Positions 48,060 through 57,127 of a stretch of 64,000 nt of DNA are shown in pieces; within the stretch, counting starts at the first letter, position 1, and each line of letters opens with the position of its first letter. The stretch lies in the NCBI GenBank assembly GCA_039811685.1, contig JBDHZC010000002.1, positions 645,651 through 709,650 of the forward strand, written 5' to 3'. The notes beneath the pieces are model-generated. The model saw only the letters and a program-made list of their open reading frames with translations. It was not told the DNA's origin and searched no databases. Origin of the DNA: Armatimonadota bacterium (lineage in GTDB: Bacteria; Armatimonadota; UBA5829; DSUL01). The position numbers and the translations under genes were made by a program.

Positions 48060-48315
48060 TGGATGGCTTCCACAGACCGTCCACAAGCTGTGGACAGGAG
48101 CTAGTCAGAAGGGGAAGCAGACCGGTGTTTTTCACACGGCCGCCTCTGTGGTTGGGTGGAGTATCCCGAGTTTCACAAGGGGGCAGGGAGTTGTGCCGTG
48201 GGCACTTCCACAGTTTCTCCACAGGCGTATTGAACGCAAGTTTCGAGAGTGTGCACAGTCTCCACAGACCCTACTGATACGGAGACTATTCTCTAAATAG
48301 AAATCAGATTATGAT
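48060..48315. other. Probable replication origin (oriC)
   Basis: At least 8 DnaA-box-like 9-mers (e.g. GCTTCCACA 48066, CCGTCCACA 48077, TGTGGACAG 48089, TTTTTCACA 48128, ACTTCCACA 48204, TTCTCCACA 48215, GTGTGCACA 48249, GTCTCCACA 48258), followed by GACC-CTACTGATAC..ACTATT trio-like sequence and an AT-rich stretch. Confidence 0.72.
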
Positions 48316-48382
48316 ACCCTGTGAAGACGTGAGGAAAATTCCGTCAGGCAGAAGAGCGACGGTTCGATTATCGTCCAGAAAG

Positions 48383-49513
48383 ATGTATCTCAAAGGAATC
48401 AGCCTTCAAAACTATCGGAACCTTCAGCCGGTCTCCTTAGGCCTGGGAGAAGGTTTCTGGCTGATTCTGGGAGCCAATGGACAGGGAAAGTCCAACTTTC
48501 TCGAAGCAATCAGTGTGTTGTGTCTCGGAAAGGCCCGCAGAGCGGAAAGAGACAGGGATCTGATCCGCTTCGGTGAGGATTTCTTTCGTCTGGAGGGAAA
48601 GTTCAGCCGGGAAGAGAGAGGCGATCTTGAGTCCGTTGTACGTCTGGGTCCCGATGGCAAGGAGCTGCTGATTTTCGGTACACCTGTTGGGACGCTGGCG
48701 AAGTTCATCGGGGAGGCGTCGTGTGTGACGTTCAGCTCGGACGACGTGGATATTGTGCTTGGGGAGCCTACCGCGCGCCGTCAGTTTATGAATGAGGCGC
48801 TTTCGCAGTTGAGTCAGGGCTATATCTTTGATCTGGCGCGCTACCGCAGATGCAGAGATCAGAAAAACAAGGCTCTCAAAGACATCAGGGAGCGTCTGGC
48901 GCCAGTGGATAGCGTGGAGGTGTGGGATCAGAATCTGGCGCAGTATGGCGGCAGAGTTTGCGCGCGAAGGGCCAGGTTTGTGCGGCAGATAAGCGAACTT
49001 TCGGCTAAGATTTACGCCCGGTTGTCCGCTGAAGCTGAAGGTCTTCAGGTAAGCTATGAGCCGAATGTGAGCGCACCGGAGGAGGCGCCTCAGTGGCCTG
49101 AGGCGATGCTTCAGGCTATCGTCGAGAAAAGGCCGGAGGAGATCAGGCGCGGGATGTCTTTCGTGGGCCCTCAAAGAGACGATCTTTCGATAACGCTCAA
49201 CGGGGTGGACGGGCGCGGGTTTGCTTCCAGGGGACAGGCGCGCACGATCGCTCTGGCGCTTCGGCTGGCACAGGCTCAGCTTATGAGGAAACAGACCGGT
49301 GAATGGCCTATCCTGTTGCTGGACGATGTCTTTGCAGAGCTGGATGAGACCAGACGCGCTCTGTTGTCTGAGATGGTGAGTGAAGCCGGACAGGTGTTTG
49401 CCACGGCGGCGAGTGAAGGGGATGTGCCGGCTTTGGAGCAGCGGCAGATGGGATTGATTACGCTGCGGCGAGGGCAGATAGAGGTCGAGAAGACTGCAGA
49501 AGCGGCAGCGTGA
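48383..49513 (+). CDS. recF: DNA replication/repair protein RecF
   Basis: LQNYRN, GANGQGKSNFLEAI, GPQRDDL, ASRGQAR, LLLDDVFAELD. Confidence 0.97.
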   Translation: MYLKGISLQNYRNLQPVSLGLGEGFWLILGANGQGKSNFLEAISVLCLGKARRAERDRDLIRFGEDFFRLEGKFSREERGDLESVVRLGPDGKELLIFGTPVGTLAKFIGEASCVTFSSDDVDIVLGEPTARRQFMNEALSQLSQGYIFDLARYRRCRDQKNKALKDIRERLAPVDSVEVWDQNLAQYGGRVCARRARFVRQISELSAKIYARLSAEAEGLQVSYEPNVSAPEEAPQWPEAMLQAIVEKRPEEIRRGMSFVGPQRDDLSITLNGVDGRGFASRGQARTIALALRLAQAQLMRKQTGEWPILLLDDVFAELDETRRALLSEMVSEAGQVFATAASEGDVPALEQRQMGLITLRRGQIEVEKTAEAAA

Positions 49514-49529
49514 TTTGAGGCGATAGACG

Positions 49530-49883
49530 TTGGCAAGGTTTTCGGACGGGATCAACGACAACTGGAGTCAGTTTGGCAGTGTGATGGAGCGCGTCTTGTC
49601 CAATCTGGGGCTGGATCGCGAACTACAGGAGTGGCGGGCGCTTCAGAGGTGGCCTGAAGCGGTTGGACCCAGGATAGCAGCGCGAGTGAAAGCTGTGCGG
49701 GTGCAAAACGGTGTGCTTTGGGTGCAGTCGGGTCCTCACTGGGCTGCGGAGGTGAGCGTGCGCAAGGAGCAGTTGCTGGAGAAGCTGAACGAAGGTAGTC
49801 CCGTGCTGAAAGACATCCGTTTTATAGGAGCGTGGGACAGGAGGCGAAAGGACTGGAAAGCCAGCGACGGCCGCGCGGAGTAG
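49530..49883 (+). CDS. dciA: DUF721/DciA-family protein
   Basis: WPEAVGPRIA...LWV...WAAEV..KEQLLEKLN...DIRF; directly follows recF. Confidence 0.85.
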   Translation: MARFSDGINDNWSQFGSVMERVLSNLGLDRELQEWRALQRWPEAVGPRIAARVKAVRVQNGVLWVQSGPHWAAEVSVRKEQLLEKLNEGSPVLKDIRFIGAWDRRRKDWKASDGRAE

Positions 49884-49982
49884 AGTGAAAAACGGCTATA
49901 TTCGGGAGAGCCGGGGGTTCTGTCCGGGACGAATTCCGGAGTTGACAGGCGGCTTATACGGCGCGGCTCGGGTAGAATTTCA

Positions 49983-50152
49983 GGCAGCGACTGTGGCAGA
50001 AGGCAGGAGCCGGAAACGGACATGGCGAAGGGCACTCCGGATATTGTGAACTCCGGCACAATGAACCCGCTCTCTTAGCCCGCCGATGAAGTAGTGGCTG
50101 AAAGGGACTGGAATCTTCGTGGCCCGGCGCCGGGTCACGGGCAGAGGCTGCC
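49983..50152 (+). ncRNA. Candidate structured leader RNA / ncRNA (unidentified)
   Basis: Closing stem GGCAGC/GCTGCC; CCG-GAAA-CGG; ATTGTG/CACAAT; TTAGCC/GGCTGA; CGTGGCCCGG/CCGGGTCACG; begins just after TAGAAT. Confidence 0.4.
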
Positions 50153-50189
50153 GGCGCGTCACCAACACAAGACAAGGATTCAAAATATA

Positions 50190-51242
50190 GTGGCTGACAA
50201 AATTCGACTGGGTTTCATTGGTACAGGCGGGATTGCGCGCGGCGCTCACTTTTCTGCGCTTAAGAATATCGAAGAGGCTGAGGTCGTTGCAGTCTCGGAC
50301 ATAAACGAAGACAGCGCCAACAAAGCAAGTGAGTTCTTTGAGGGAAAGGCCACGGCCTACACGGACTACCGGGACATGCTCGCCAAAGAAAAGCTGGATG
50401 CGGTGGACATATGCACGCCTAATCTCTACCACAAGCAGCCCACCATTGACGCTTTGAATGCAGGTCTGCACGTTATCGTCGAGAAGCCGGTTGCGATGAA
50501 TGTGGGTGAGGCGCGCCAGATGTGCGAGGCTGCCAGAAAGAACAGCAGGAAGCTGATGGTGGCGCAGGTGCAGCGGTTCCGCCCGGATGTGCAGCTTCTG
50601 AAGAAGATGATTGACGCGGGAGAGCTGGGCGAGATTTACTACTCGCGCGTGTGGGCGCTTCGAAGGCGCGGCGTGCCCGCGTGGGGAGTCTTCATCGAGA
50701 AAGACAAGCAGGGCGGCGGCCCGATGATTGATATCGGTGTGCACATGCTGGACACGGCGTTGTATCTGATGGGGCATCCCAAGCCCAAGGCGATTTCGGG
50801 CCAGACGTACACGAAGTTCGGAAACCGCGAGGGCGTATTCAACCCGTGGGGCCAATGGGACCCGAAGAAGTACACAGTTGAGGACTACGCGACGGGGCTG
50901 GTGCGCTTTGAAGACGGCGCCACGCTCTCCATTGAAGCCAGCTTTGTGGCCAACATTCAGAAAGACGCGATGAATGTGACGCTGCTGGGCACGGAGGGTG
51001 GATCGGATCTGGAGCCGTTCAAGATCTACACTGAGCGCCACAACCGCCTGATTGAGGAGACGCCCGTGAATCTGCCGGGCGTCAACGGCTACGAGGCGGA
51101 GCTGCGTGAGTTCTTCGCGGCTATCCTGGAAGATCGAGATCCGCTGGTGACTGGTGAGCAGGCGCTTCAGACGCAGATTATTCTGGATGGAGTTTACAAG
51201 TCCAGCGATCTTGGCCGGGAAGTGCAGGTCAGCGAGCTTTAG
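50190..51242 (+). CDS. Gfo/Idh/MocA-family oxidoreductase
   Basis: GFIGTGGIA, ICTPN..H, VEKP, GGGPMIDIGVHMLD; GTG start. Confidence 0.95.
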   Translation: MADKIRLGFIGTGGIARGAHFSALKNIEEAEVVAVSDINEDSANKASEFFEGKATAYTDYRDMLAKEKLDAVDICTPNLYHKQPTIDALNAGLHVIVEKPVAMNVGEARQMCEAARKNSRKLMVAQVQRFRPDVQLLKKMIDAGELGEIYYSRVWALRRRGVPAWGVFIEKDKQGGGPMIDIGVHMLDTALYLMGHPKPKAISGQTYTKFGNREGVFNPWGQWDPKKYTVEDYATGLVRFEDGATLSIEASFVANIQKDAMNVTLLGTEGGSDLEPFKIYTERHNRLIEETPVNLPGVNGYEAELREFFAAILEDRDPLVTGEQALQTQIILDGVYKSSDLGREVQVSEL

Positions 51243-51287
51243 TCCGGCGCGCGCCTCCTCCAGCGCGCAGTGAAAAGACAGTGGAAG

Positions 51288-51325
51288 AGGGGCCTGGGGA
51301 TGTTGCGAGCGTCTCCAGGCCTTTT
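51288..51325 (+). terminator. Intrinsic terminator
   Basis: AGGGGCCTGGGGA...TCTCCAGGCCTTTT. Confidence 0.6.
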
Positions 51326-51650
51326 CTATTGAGCCTGTAAGATGGCTTTCCAGGGCGATGGAGGCCGCCCGGACGCAATAGAGCCGGCCCGGGTGTCACG
51401 CTTCCCACCATAAAATGCATTCAGCCGCTGATGAGTCCGCTGTGGGCAAAGGCTCCTCCAGCGACATGACTGCAACGCCCGGTCCGGCACAATTTCATTG
51501 TATGATGTCGCGGCCGAGAGTCAAGAGCGCAGCGTGGAAACTGGTAAAAATACTAGGTTGTGTTCGTTCTTACAAGGGTGGAAGGACTGTTGTTGTGTTC
51601 AGCCGCCGCATCTTCCGGGCGGCGGCTCACAGAGCGGGCTTTCAGCTCAG

Positions 51651-52334
51651 CTACGCTCGGCGGCGCAGCATCCGGGAGAGGCTGACCAGGCCAACGCCGA
51701 GAGGTATCAGGGAGGTGGGTTCGGGCACAACGCCGGTGACGGCGATGCGCGGGCCCTGACCGGACTCGGCGGTCTTGATTGCGCCGTAGGTGTCTCGCGA
51801 ACCCGACATGACGAATGTGGAGAACGCGCGTCCGGCGGCTATATCGGCCTGGATATAGCTGAGCACGTCATAGGTCTTTGTGCCTGGGGAGCCGTCATTG
51901 TCGCTGTTGTAGATGGGCATTCCACCAGGGCGGCTAGTGCTCGCTGGTCCGAGGCCGTCAGCCACGAAATCGCCCGTGAGAGCGGTTGATCCCGTGTCCA
52001 GCCATCCGATGGAGGCCGATCCGTAGTAGTACCCGGTCCCAAAACCTGTGGATTCCACGATCAGGGTTGCCCCGGTGACGCTCTGGCCATGAAGCGCAGA
52101 GATGGGAATCTCAAAGATCGAGACCGTATAGTCATTGCCGTACTGGCCGCCCATCGAAAGACCGACGCCCATTTCCGTACCGCCCTGTTCGTAGCCCCAG
52201 GGGCCGTATTTGCTGTTCCAGGCGTAGGTTCCGTCGCCGGAAGCCGGCGCCAGCAGTATGAGCTCGGCTTGAGCAGCCAGACCCGCCATGAGAAGCAGGC
52301 CTGTCGCGCAGAGTGACAGAGGTATTCGTTTCAT
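51651..52334 (-). CDS. PEP-CTERM exosortase-target protein
   Basis: Signal peptide; C-terminal VPEP, transmembrane segment and RRRA. Confidence 0.9.
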   Translation of the reverse strand: MKRIPLSLCATGLLLMAGLAAQAELILLAPASGDGTYAWNSKYGPWGYEQGGTEMGVGLSMGGQYGNDYTVSIFEIPISALHGQSVTGATLIVESTGFGTGYYYGSASIGWLDTGSTALTGDFVADGLGPASTSRPGGMPIYNSDNDGSPGTKTYDVLSYIQADIAAGRAFSTFVMSGSRDTYGAIKTAESGQGPRIAVTGVVPEPTSLIPLGVGLVSLSRMLRRRA

Positions 52335-52542
52335 TTACTTTCGTCCTTATGGGTGTTTTGGACGTCTGCGGCCAGGCTGGTGCGCGAACCCAGACCCGCA
52401 GGCCGTTTGACAACTGACGGCTGCACGCCTTGTGCCAGTCGCCCGCTTAGAGATCAAAACTGTGAGTGTTGCGGGGACGGTGGGGGCCTACCTCAATCTA
52501 CAGCTAGCCCTTGTGGGTTTGAACTTGGACGATTTCACAGGG

Positions 52543-54483
52543 TCAGATATCCTCGACCGCCAGTATCTCTCTCCGCACGTAATTCTTGAACTCCTCGACA
52601 TTCGTAAAATAGTGAAAGCCGGCTTTGTTGGCGGCGTCTTCCGTTTCCGGAGCTTCGTTGATCAGCAGCGCGACGGGCTTGCTCAAGCCCTTCTGGAGTC
52701 CGTCAGGCCATGCAAGGTCAAGGACTGCGAGCTGTCGCCCGGTCTGAGGGTCTGTCAGCTCGTAGAGTAGTTCACCCTCCGGCAGTCCCTGGTTCGCAAC
52801 CCACTCGACGCAGTCAAATATCACGCGCTCCTCGTCTTCCACAACTGGCGGGCCGGCTACTGACTTCCCGGTTCTTTCCACCGCTTCAAAACCAACTGAA
52901 ACCTCAGGCATGGAACCTGAGAGTAAGCTTTCGAGAAACTTATTGGCTGCAGTCGCCAGCAGCTCTCGCCGCGCAGCAAGAAAATCCAGATAGCGATCCA
53001 TTCGCCAGAGTTCTTTGTCCATGGGAATCCATTGTGAAGCGAGAGCTCCCGGGTTCCTCCGCTCGACTTCCTCGAAATACTCGTGTGGTAACCTGTCGCC
53101 AATGCCCAGGTTACTGTCCTGAGTTTGGAAGCAGAAGTTTGCCACCGCGTTCACATCGCTGCGGCAGTAGCCACGCTTGTAGAGCTGAGCCTTTGGGAAT
53201 ATGTGATGGACATGGAGGCTGCTGAACTTTCCAAGCAGGTTTTCAGAAAGCTCAAGCCCTGTGTCCCAATCCCTGGCTCCGTATACGCGCGTCAACATGT
53301 AGAGCATCGGATAGAACCGGGCGCCAAGGCTGGATCCTGAGAAATCGACCGGGTCAATACGCAGATCTCCGCGACTCGCGCGCAAGCCGTTAATAAGGTC
53401 GTCGAGATTGCCGGACTCGATCAGGCGCAGATCTTGATTGAGAACAGTTTCTGATGAACCGGCGTACCGCCCCCAAAGCAAGGTGTGTACATACCAGAAG
53501 AGCAATTTGTCCCGCTCACGGTGGCCTTCCACTTTCCCCCCGCGCACCGCGATGTAGCGTGCCAGTAATGGGAGGCTGCCTTTGCTGCCAAGAACTCTAT
53601 CGTGATCAAGCCCCAGGCGTCCCGAGATCATGTTGAGAATTACATTGACAGCCTTCTCGGCCTTCTTCAGTCCGTCGGCTATCTCAGAGGCTGGAGTGTC
53701 CTTAAGCGCAGAGAAAAGAGCCTCGCCGGTGACAATCGCATTGACGTTACGTAGCAGCCATTCCAGGCGGAAATGAAAGCCAGCGTCTCGCCACCGGTCC
53801 AGACAACGCTTCATCTCGATTCTGGCCTCAGGCCACTGTGCACAGATCTTGGCAAGAGCCAGATCACCCGTGGAAAGCTTGGTCCCGCCGCTGTTCACCC
53901 GGTTGAAGATATCCACCACCACATCGACTGTCTTATCTTCACCGACAACCTGCTCAATATGAAGATCAATCTCCTTAATCATGCCAAGAGCCGTTATGCG
54001 CGCGATATAGGTTTCCATTTTTGGATGTAGATCCTCTTTGGAGTACAGCGCTCCGATTATTTCTCCTACTCCGTCACGCATCAGTTTGGTTACATCAATC
54101 CATCGGGGATTGTCCCGCATCTCGAGTTGTGAGTAAAATTTGAACTCCTCGGTTTCGATATTGAAGTGAAGTCCAGTGAAGGCCTGTGCATTGCCATCAA
54201 AGAATTTTGGTGGCTTACCCTTGGTAATGCCGTAGAGCGTCGTGATGCGTTGCTGTCCATCTAGTAGGAGCTGAACAGTGCCAACCGGCGTCGGGTTGTC
54301 ACCTCTCGATCTTGCGTCTGTCGTCTTTGTTACCCAGACAAGGAGGCTTCCTACCGGATGTTTACGGTACAGAGAGTGCATGAGTCCACGCACCTGGTCA
54401 CGATTCCAGACGTAGCCCCGCTGAAACTCGGGTAAGGCTATGTTATCCTGGTCAATATTGCTGATGATCGCACTTATCTGCAC
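52543..54483 (-). CDS. DUF262 + HNH (GmrSD-like) nuclease with an extra C-terminal PD-(D/E)XK-like domain
   Basis: LPEFQRGYVW, LLDGQQR, IFNRVNSGG, HHIFPK...N...N; tail VLDLAWPDGLQ...PVALL. Confidence 0.88.
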   Translation of the reverse strand: MQISAIISNIDQDNIALPEFQRGYVWNRDQVRGLMHSLYRKHPVGSLLVWVTKTTDARSRGDNPTPVGTVQLLLDGQQRITTLYGITKGKPPKFFDGNAQAFTGLHFNIETEEFKFYSQLEMRDNPRWIDVTKLMRDGVGEIIGALYSKEDLHPKMETYIARITALGMIKEIDLHIEQVVGEDKTVDVVVDIFNRVNSGGTKLSTGDLALAKICAQWPEARIEMKRCLDRWRDAGFHFRLEWLLRNVNAIVTGEALFSALKDTPASEIADGLKKAEKAVNVILNMISGRLGLDHDRVLGSKGSLPLLARYIAVRGGKVEGHRERDKLLFWYVHTLLWGRYAGSSETVLNQDLRLIESGNLDDLINGLRASRGDLRIDPVDFSGSSLGARFYPMLYMLTRVYGARDWDTGLELSENLLGKFSSLHVHHIFPKAQLYKRGYCRSDVNAVANFCFQTQDSNLGIGDRLPHEYFEEVERRNPGALASQWIPMDKELWRMDRYLDFLAARRELLATAANKFLESLLSGSMPEVSVGFEAVERTGKSVAGPPVVEDEERVIFDCVEWVANQGLPEGELLYELTDPQTGRQLAVLDLAWPDGLQKGLSKPVALLINEAPETEDAANKAGFHYFTNVEEFKNYVRREILAVEDI

Positions 54484-54865
54484 GCCTGTTTATCCTTTCT
54501 CAATTCCTGTAGGTCTCAGCCGCTGTTTACACTGTAAGCTTCTAAGAGCTTGCTTTGCCGTGTTTATAGCAACTTCGATCAACCCGGCTAGTAGTCTCAA
54601 CAACCTTTCAGGCTAGACGGCCATGTATCTCCCTTACGCGTAGAATCCACTTCTCTACGGAGAGTCGCGCTGGGGAATCCGGTGGGATGGATTTTTTGTG
54701 TGAGCACTAGGCTTTTCTACACTCGCCAGCCATTTTACTGCGCTGGATGCTACAGGCAGGCGGTGGGTATCATGTCTACGAGGCCGGGGTGGTATGGGTC
54801 GCTGCGGGTCGCAAGTGCGGCTCTGGCGGCTATGAGAACTCGCCACCCTTCGGAAGGAGCTTACC

Positions 54866-55399
54866 ATGTCGCGGTTCAACAATGTCGACCTGGACAAAAT
54901 TGAGGGATTTGCGGAGCAGATCCGCCAGGACCCAGCCAAGTCGCGAAAGACGCAGGTGATGGAAGGGGAATGGCTGCTGGGCGACGGCGGAGCGCAGTTC
55001 AGATCTACTGTCGCCTTTGAAGGTGGAAAGGTCGCCTTCGAGGCCGACAACCCGACGTTTATGGGCGGCAGCGGAGCGTTGCCCGGACCCATGCACTACT
55101 GCTTCTTCGGTCTGGCATCCTGTTACACGGGGGTGTTTGCGGCTACGGCTTCTGCGCTGGGCGTGGAGTTGAAGAGTCTCAAAGCGCGTGTGGAAGCCGA
55201 CGTCAATTTCTCCAAGGTCTTCGGCATCGGTGAAGAGCCGATAATGGAAGGAATTCGAGTCATTCTCCAGATCGTCAGCGATGCGCCGGAAGACAAGATT
55301 CGGGAGGCCGAGGCGCTTGCACTGGAGAGATGCCCGGTGGTGTTCACGCTGAGGAATCTCATACCGCTCAAGCCGAGTCTGGAGATTGAAAAGACGTAG
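54866..55399 (+). CDS. OsmC-family protein
   Basis: ADNPTFMGG...PGP...LASC...RCPV; AAGGAG RBS. Confidence 0.9.
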   Translation: MSRFNNVDLDKIEGFAEQIRQDPAKSRKTQVMEGEWLLGDGGAQFRSTVAFEGGKVAFEADNPTFMGGSGALPGPMHYCFFGLASCYTGVFAATASALGVELKSLKARVEADVNFSKVFGIGEEPIMEGIRVILQIVSDAPEDKIREAEALALERCPVVFTLRNLIPLKPSLEIEKT

Positions 55400-55684
55400 A
55401 TTGCCGCTGCGGGTCAGTATGAAGTCTGGCTGACCCAGCCTTACACCAGCCTATGAGCCACCTTCAGTCCGGTCGCAAGAAGTGAGCTGCGTGGGAGGTC
55501 AAATCGCTATGCTAGCGACTTAGGCAGAGGTTGCAGGCATAGATTAGCACGCTGGATGCGGAAGTCACTTCTACGGTGATCACCGATGACGCCGGTGTGA
55601 AGGATGTTAATGTGGTCTATTTGACTTCGTTGCCAGGAACTCCGCCAGAATACGAGTTGTCAAGAACGGCCACCTGGCTCTCGG

Positions 55685-56263
55685 TCATCGGTCATTCAGA
55701 TCAGCTTGCACTCTCTGGAGCGCACTCTCAAATATGGCGACAACATCGTGGTCATCAATAAGCTCTGCGAACTGGCTTAGCCACTCACGGATGTAGGTGA
55801 CGTTCAGGGAGGTGTATTGCCGTGCGACTATTCCTGCAACATCTTCTCGGTCCCTGGGCCGTCCAGCAATACATTTGTGCACAACAAGGTCTTCGGCTCT
55901 AATCAGGCGGATAGACCTCTTATTGGGCAGGGTGACAGTAACGGCTCGGCGGACGGCCTCTTCTTCGTAGCCAGGAATGCCCAGTGAAATGTCTACAGGT
56001 GTGCCGGATGCATCAGAGATCAGGAGAATGCGGTTGGCCTCTGCAAACGCAACCGCATCCTGCAAGCGTGGCTTGAAGGCTTGTACGGCCGCCTCAAGAA
56101 AGCGAGCCGTCTGCTCCGGGCTGAGAAGAACGACAACATCAACATCTCGAGTTGTTCGCGCATCTCCCCAGTACTGAACTGCAAGGCCGCCGATAATAGC
56201 ATAGGGAACGGCTTGTTCATTCAAAAAATCTGCTACTTCGGCTGCGGCGTCCAGCACGCTCAT
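55685..56263 (-). CDS. Pol-beta-superfamily nucleotidyltransferase (DUF6036/AbiEii-like)
   Basis: YAIIGGLAV...RTTRDVD; EDLVVHKCIAGRPRDRED. Confidence 0.85.
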   Translation of the reverse strand: MSVLDAAAEVADFLNEQAVPYAIIGGLAVQYWGDARTTRDVDVVVLLSPEQTARFLEAAVQAFKPRLQDAVAFAEANRILLISDASGTPVDISLGIPGYEEEAVRRAVTVTLPNKRSIRLIRAEDLVVHKCIAGRPRDREDVAGIVARQYTSLNVTYIREWLSQFAELIDDHDVVAIFESALQRVQADLNDR

Positions 56264-56511
56264 GGCGTAGGCTGCGTCCGGCGGGCGTAGCGGTCCAGCA
56301 CGCGCCGCATTGCCATTAATACGTAAGAAGGTTTGTTCTGATCTGGCGGCTCGCCAAGCTGACTGTCCAGCAGGCTGAAGTATATTGCCCAGGCGTCGTC
56401 GGTGGAGCGGCCGATCAGCTCTCTAGCGCGTTCCCTTCGGATCACGTTCTCAGCTTCGCGGTGCCCCGCAAGCCAGCGCCTTACTTCTAATCGGTCCAGA
56501 CGTGATTCCAC
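56260..56511 (-). CDS. Small protein coupled to the nucleotidyltransferase (putative antitoxin/partner)
   Basis: GTG start with AGGTG RBS just downstream of tmRNA; ATGA overlap with the NTase gene. Confidence 0.65.
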   Translation of the reverse strand: MESRLDRLEVRRWLAGHREAENVIRRERARELIGRSTDDAWAIYFSLLDSQLGEPPDQNKPSYVLMAMRRVLDRYARRTQPTP

Positions 56512-56533
56512 ACTTGTCACCTGGTCTAATATT

Positions 56534-56920
56534 TGGTGGAGGCGCCGAGACTCGAACTCGGGTCCAAGAAGCCGACCGCGCAGCCGTCTACGAGTGTGTC
56601 CTGCGTTTTTTATCTCACCGGCCGCTATCCCCACAGGCGGGGATTACGGCCTGGCCAGACTGCTTTTTGAGTCCCCCGGGCCCAGCAGTCCCCTGCCCGG
56701 AGCAAGCCGTCTGTTTCGACGCCCGCGTCCTCTCCCAACGGCGAAGAGAGGCCGGACGTCCCGGTAAAGACCGGGAAGCGCTACCCAGTTACCTAGGCAG
56801 CGAGCGCGTAGCTATAGTTATTAGTGTTCGCGTTTATGGTTTTGCCGCTTTTTACGAGGCCAGCGGCGCCTCGACTCGCAAACTGCGCTTCAAAGCTCCC
56901 TGTCGACACCTATCGCCCCC
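56534..56920 (-). ncRNA. ssrA: tmRNA; tag peptide ANTNNYSYALAA*
   Basis: 5' GGGGGCG...3' CGCCTCCACCA acceptor stem with G3.U70; T arm CCCGAGTTCGAGTCTCGG; resume ORF GCG AAC ACT AAT AAC TAT AGC TAC GCG CTC GCT GCC TAG. Confidence 0.97.
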
Positions 56921-57127
56921 ACGGAAGCGCCTGTAGCGCTACTCTATTATGACATATCGCCTGCGTGGCGTGAAGAGGTTGCGCAATATTGAACGCATGC
57001 GGCGGCGTTTGGTTCCTGAAGCGCCGCTCGCTCAGTCTGGAGCGCGCACGGCAGTGGTGCGTGACAGCAACGAGATGTCCGGCGCCTCCGGCATTCGCAG
57101 CGCCGGTATGGGCACGCCTTCGGGAAG

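Noticed and set aside
54490..54624. Minus-strand RBS + ATG GCC GTC TAG followed by an open frame ending just before the DUF262 gene
   Set aside because: Could be a mini-ORF or decayed gene, but there is no evidence for readthrough or homology
56512..56634. ORF extension into the tmRNA
   Set aside because: Overlaps the ssrA 3' end; GTG 56511 has its own RBS
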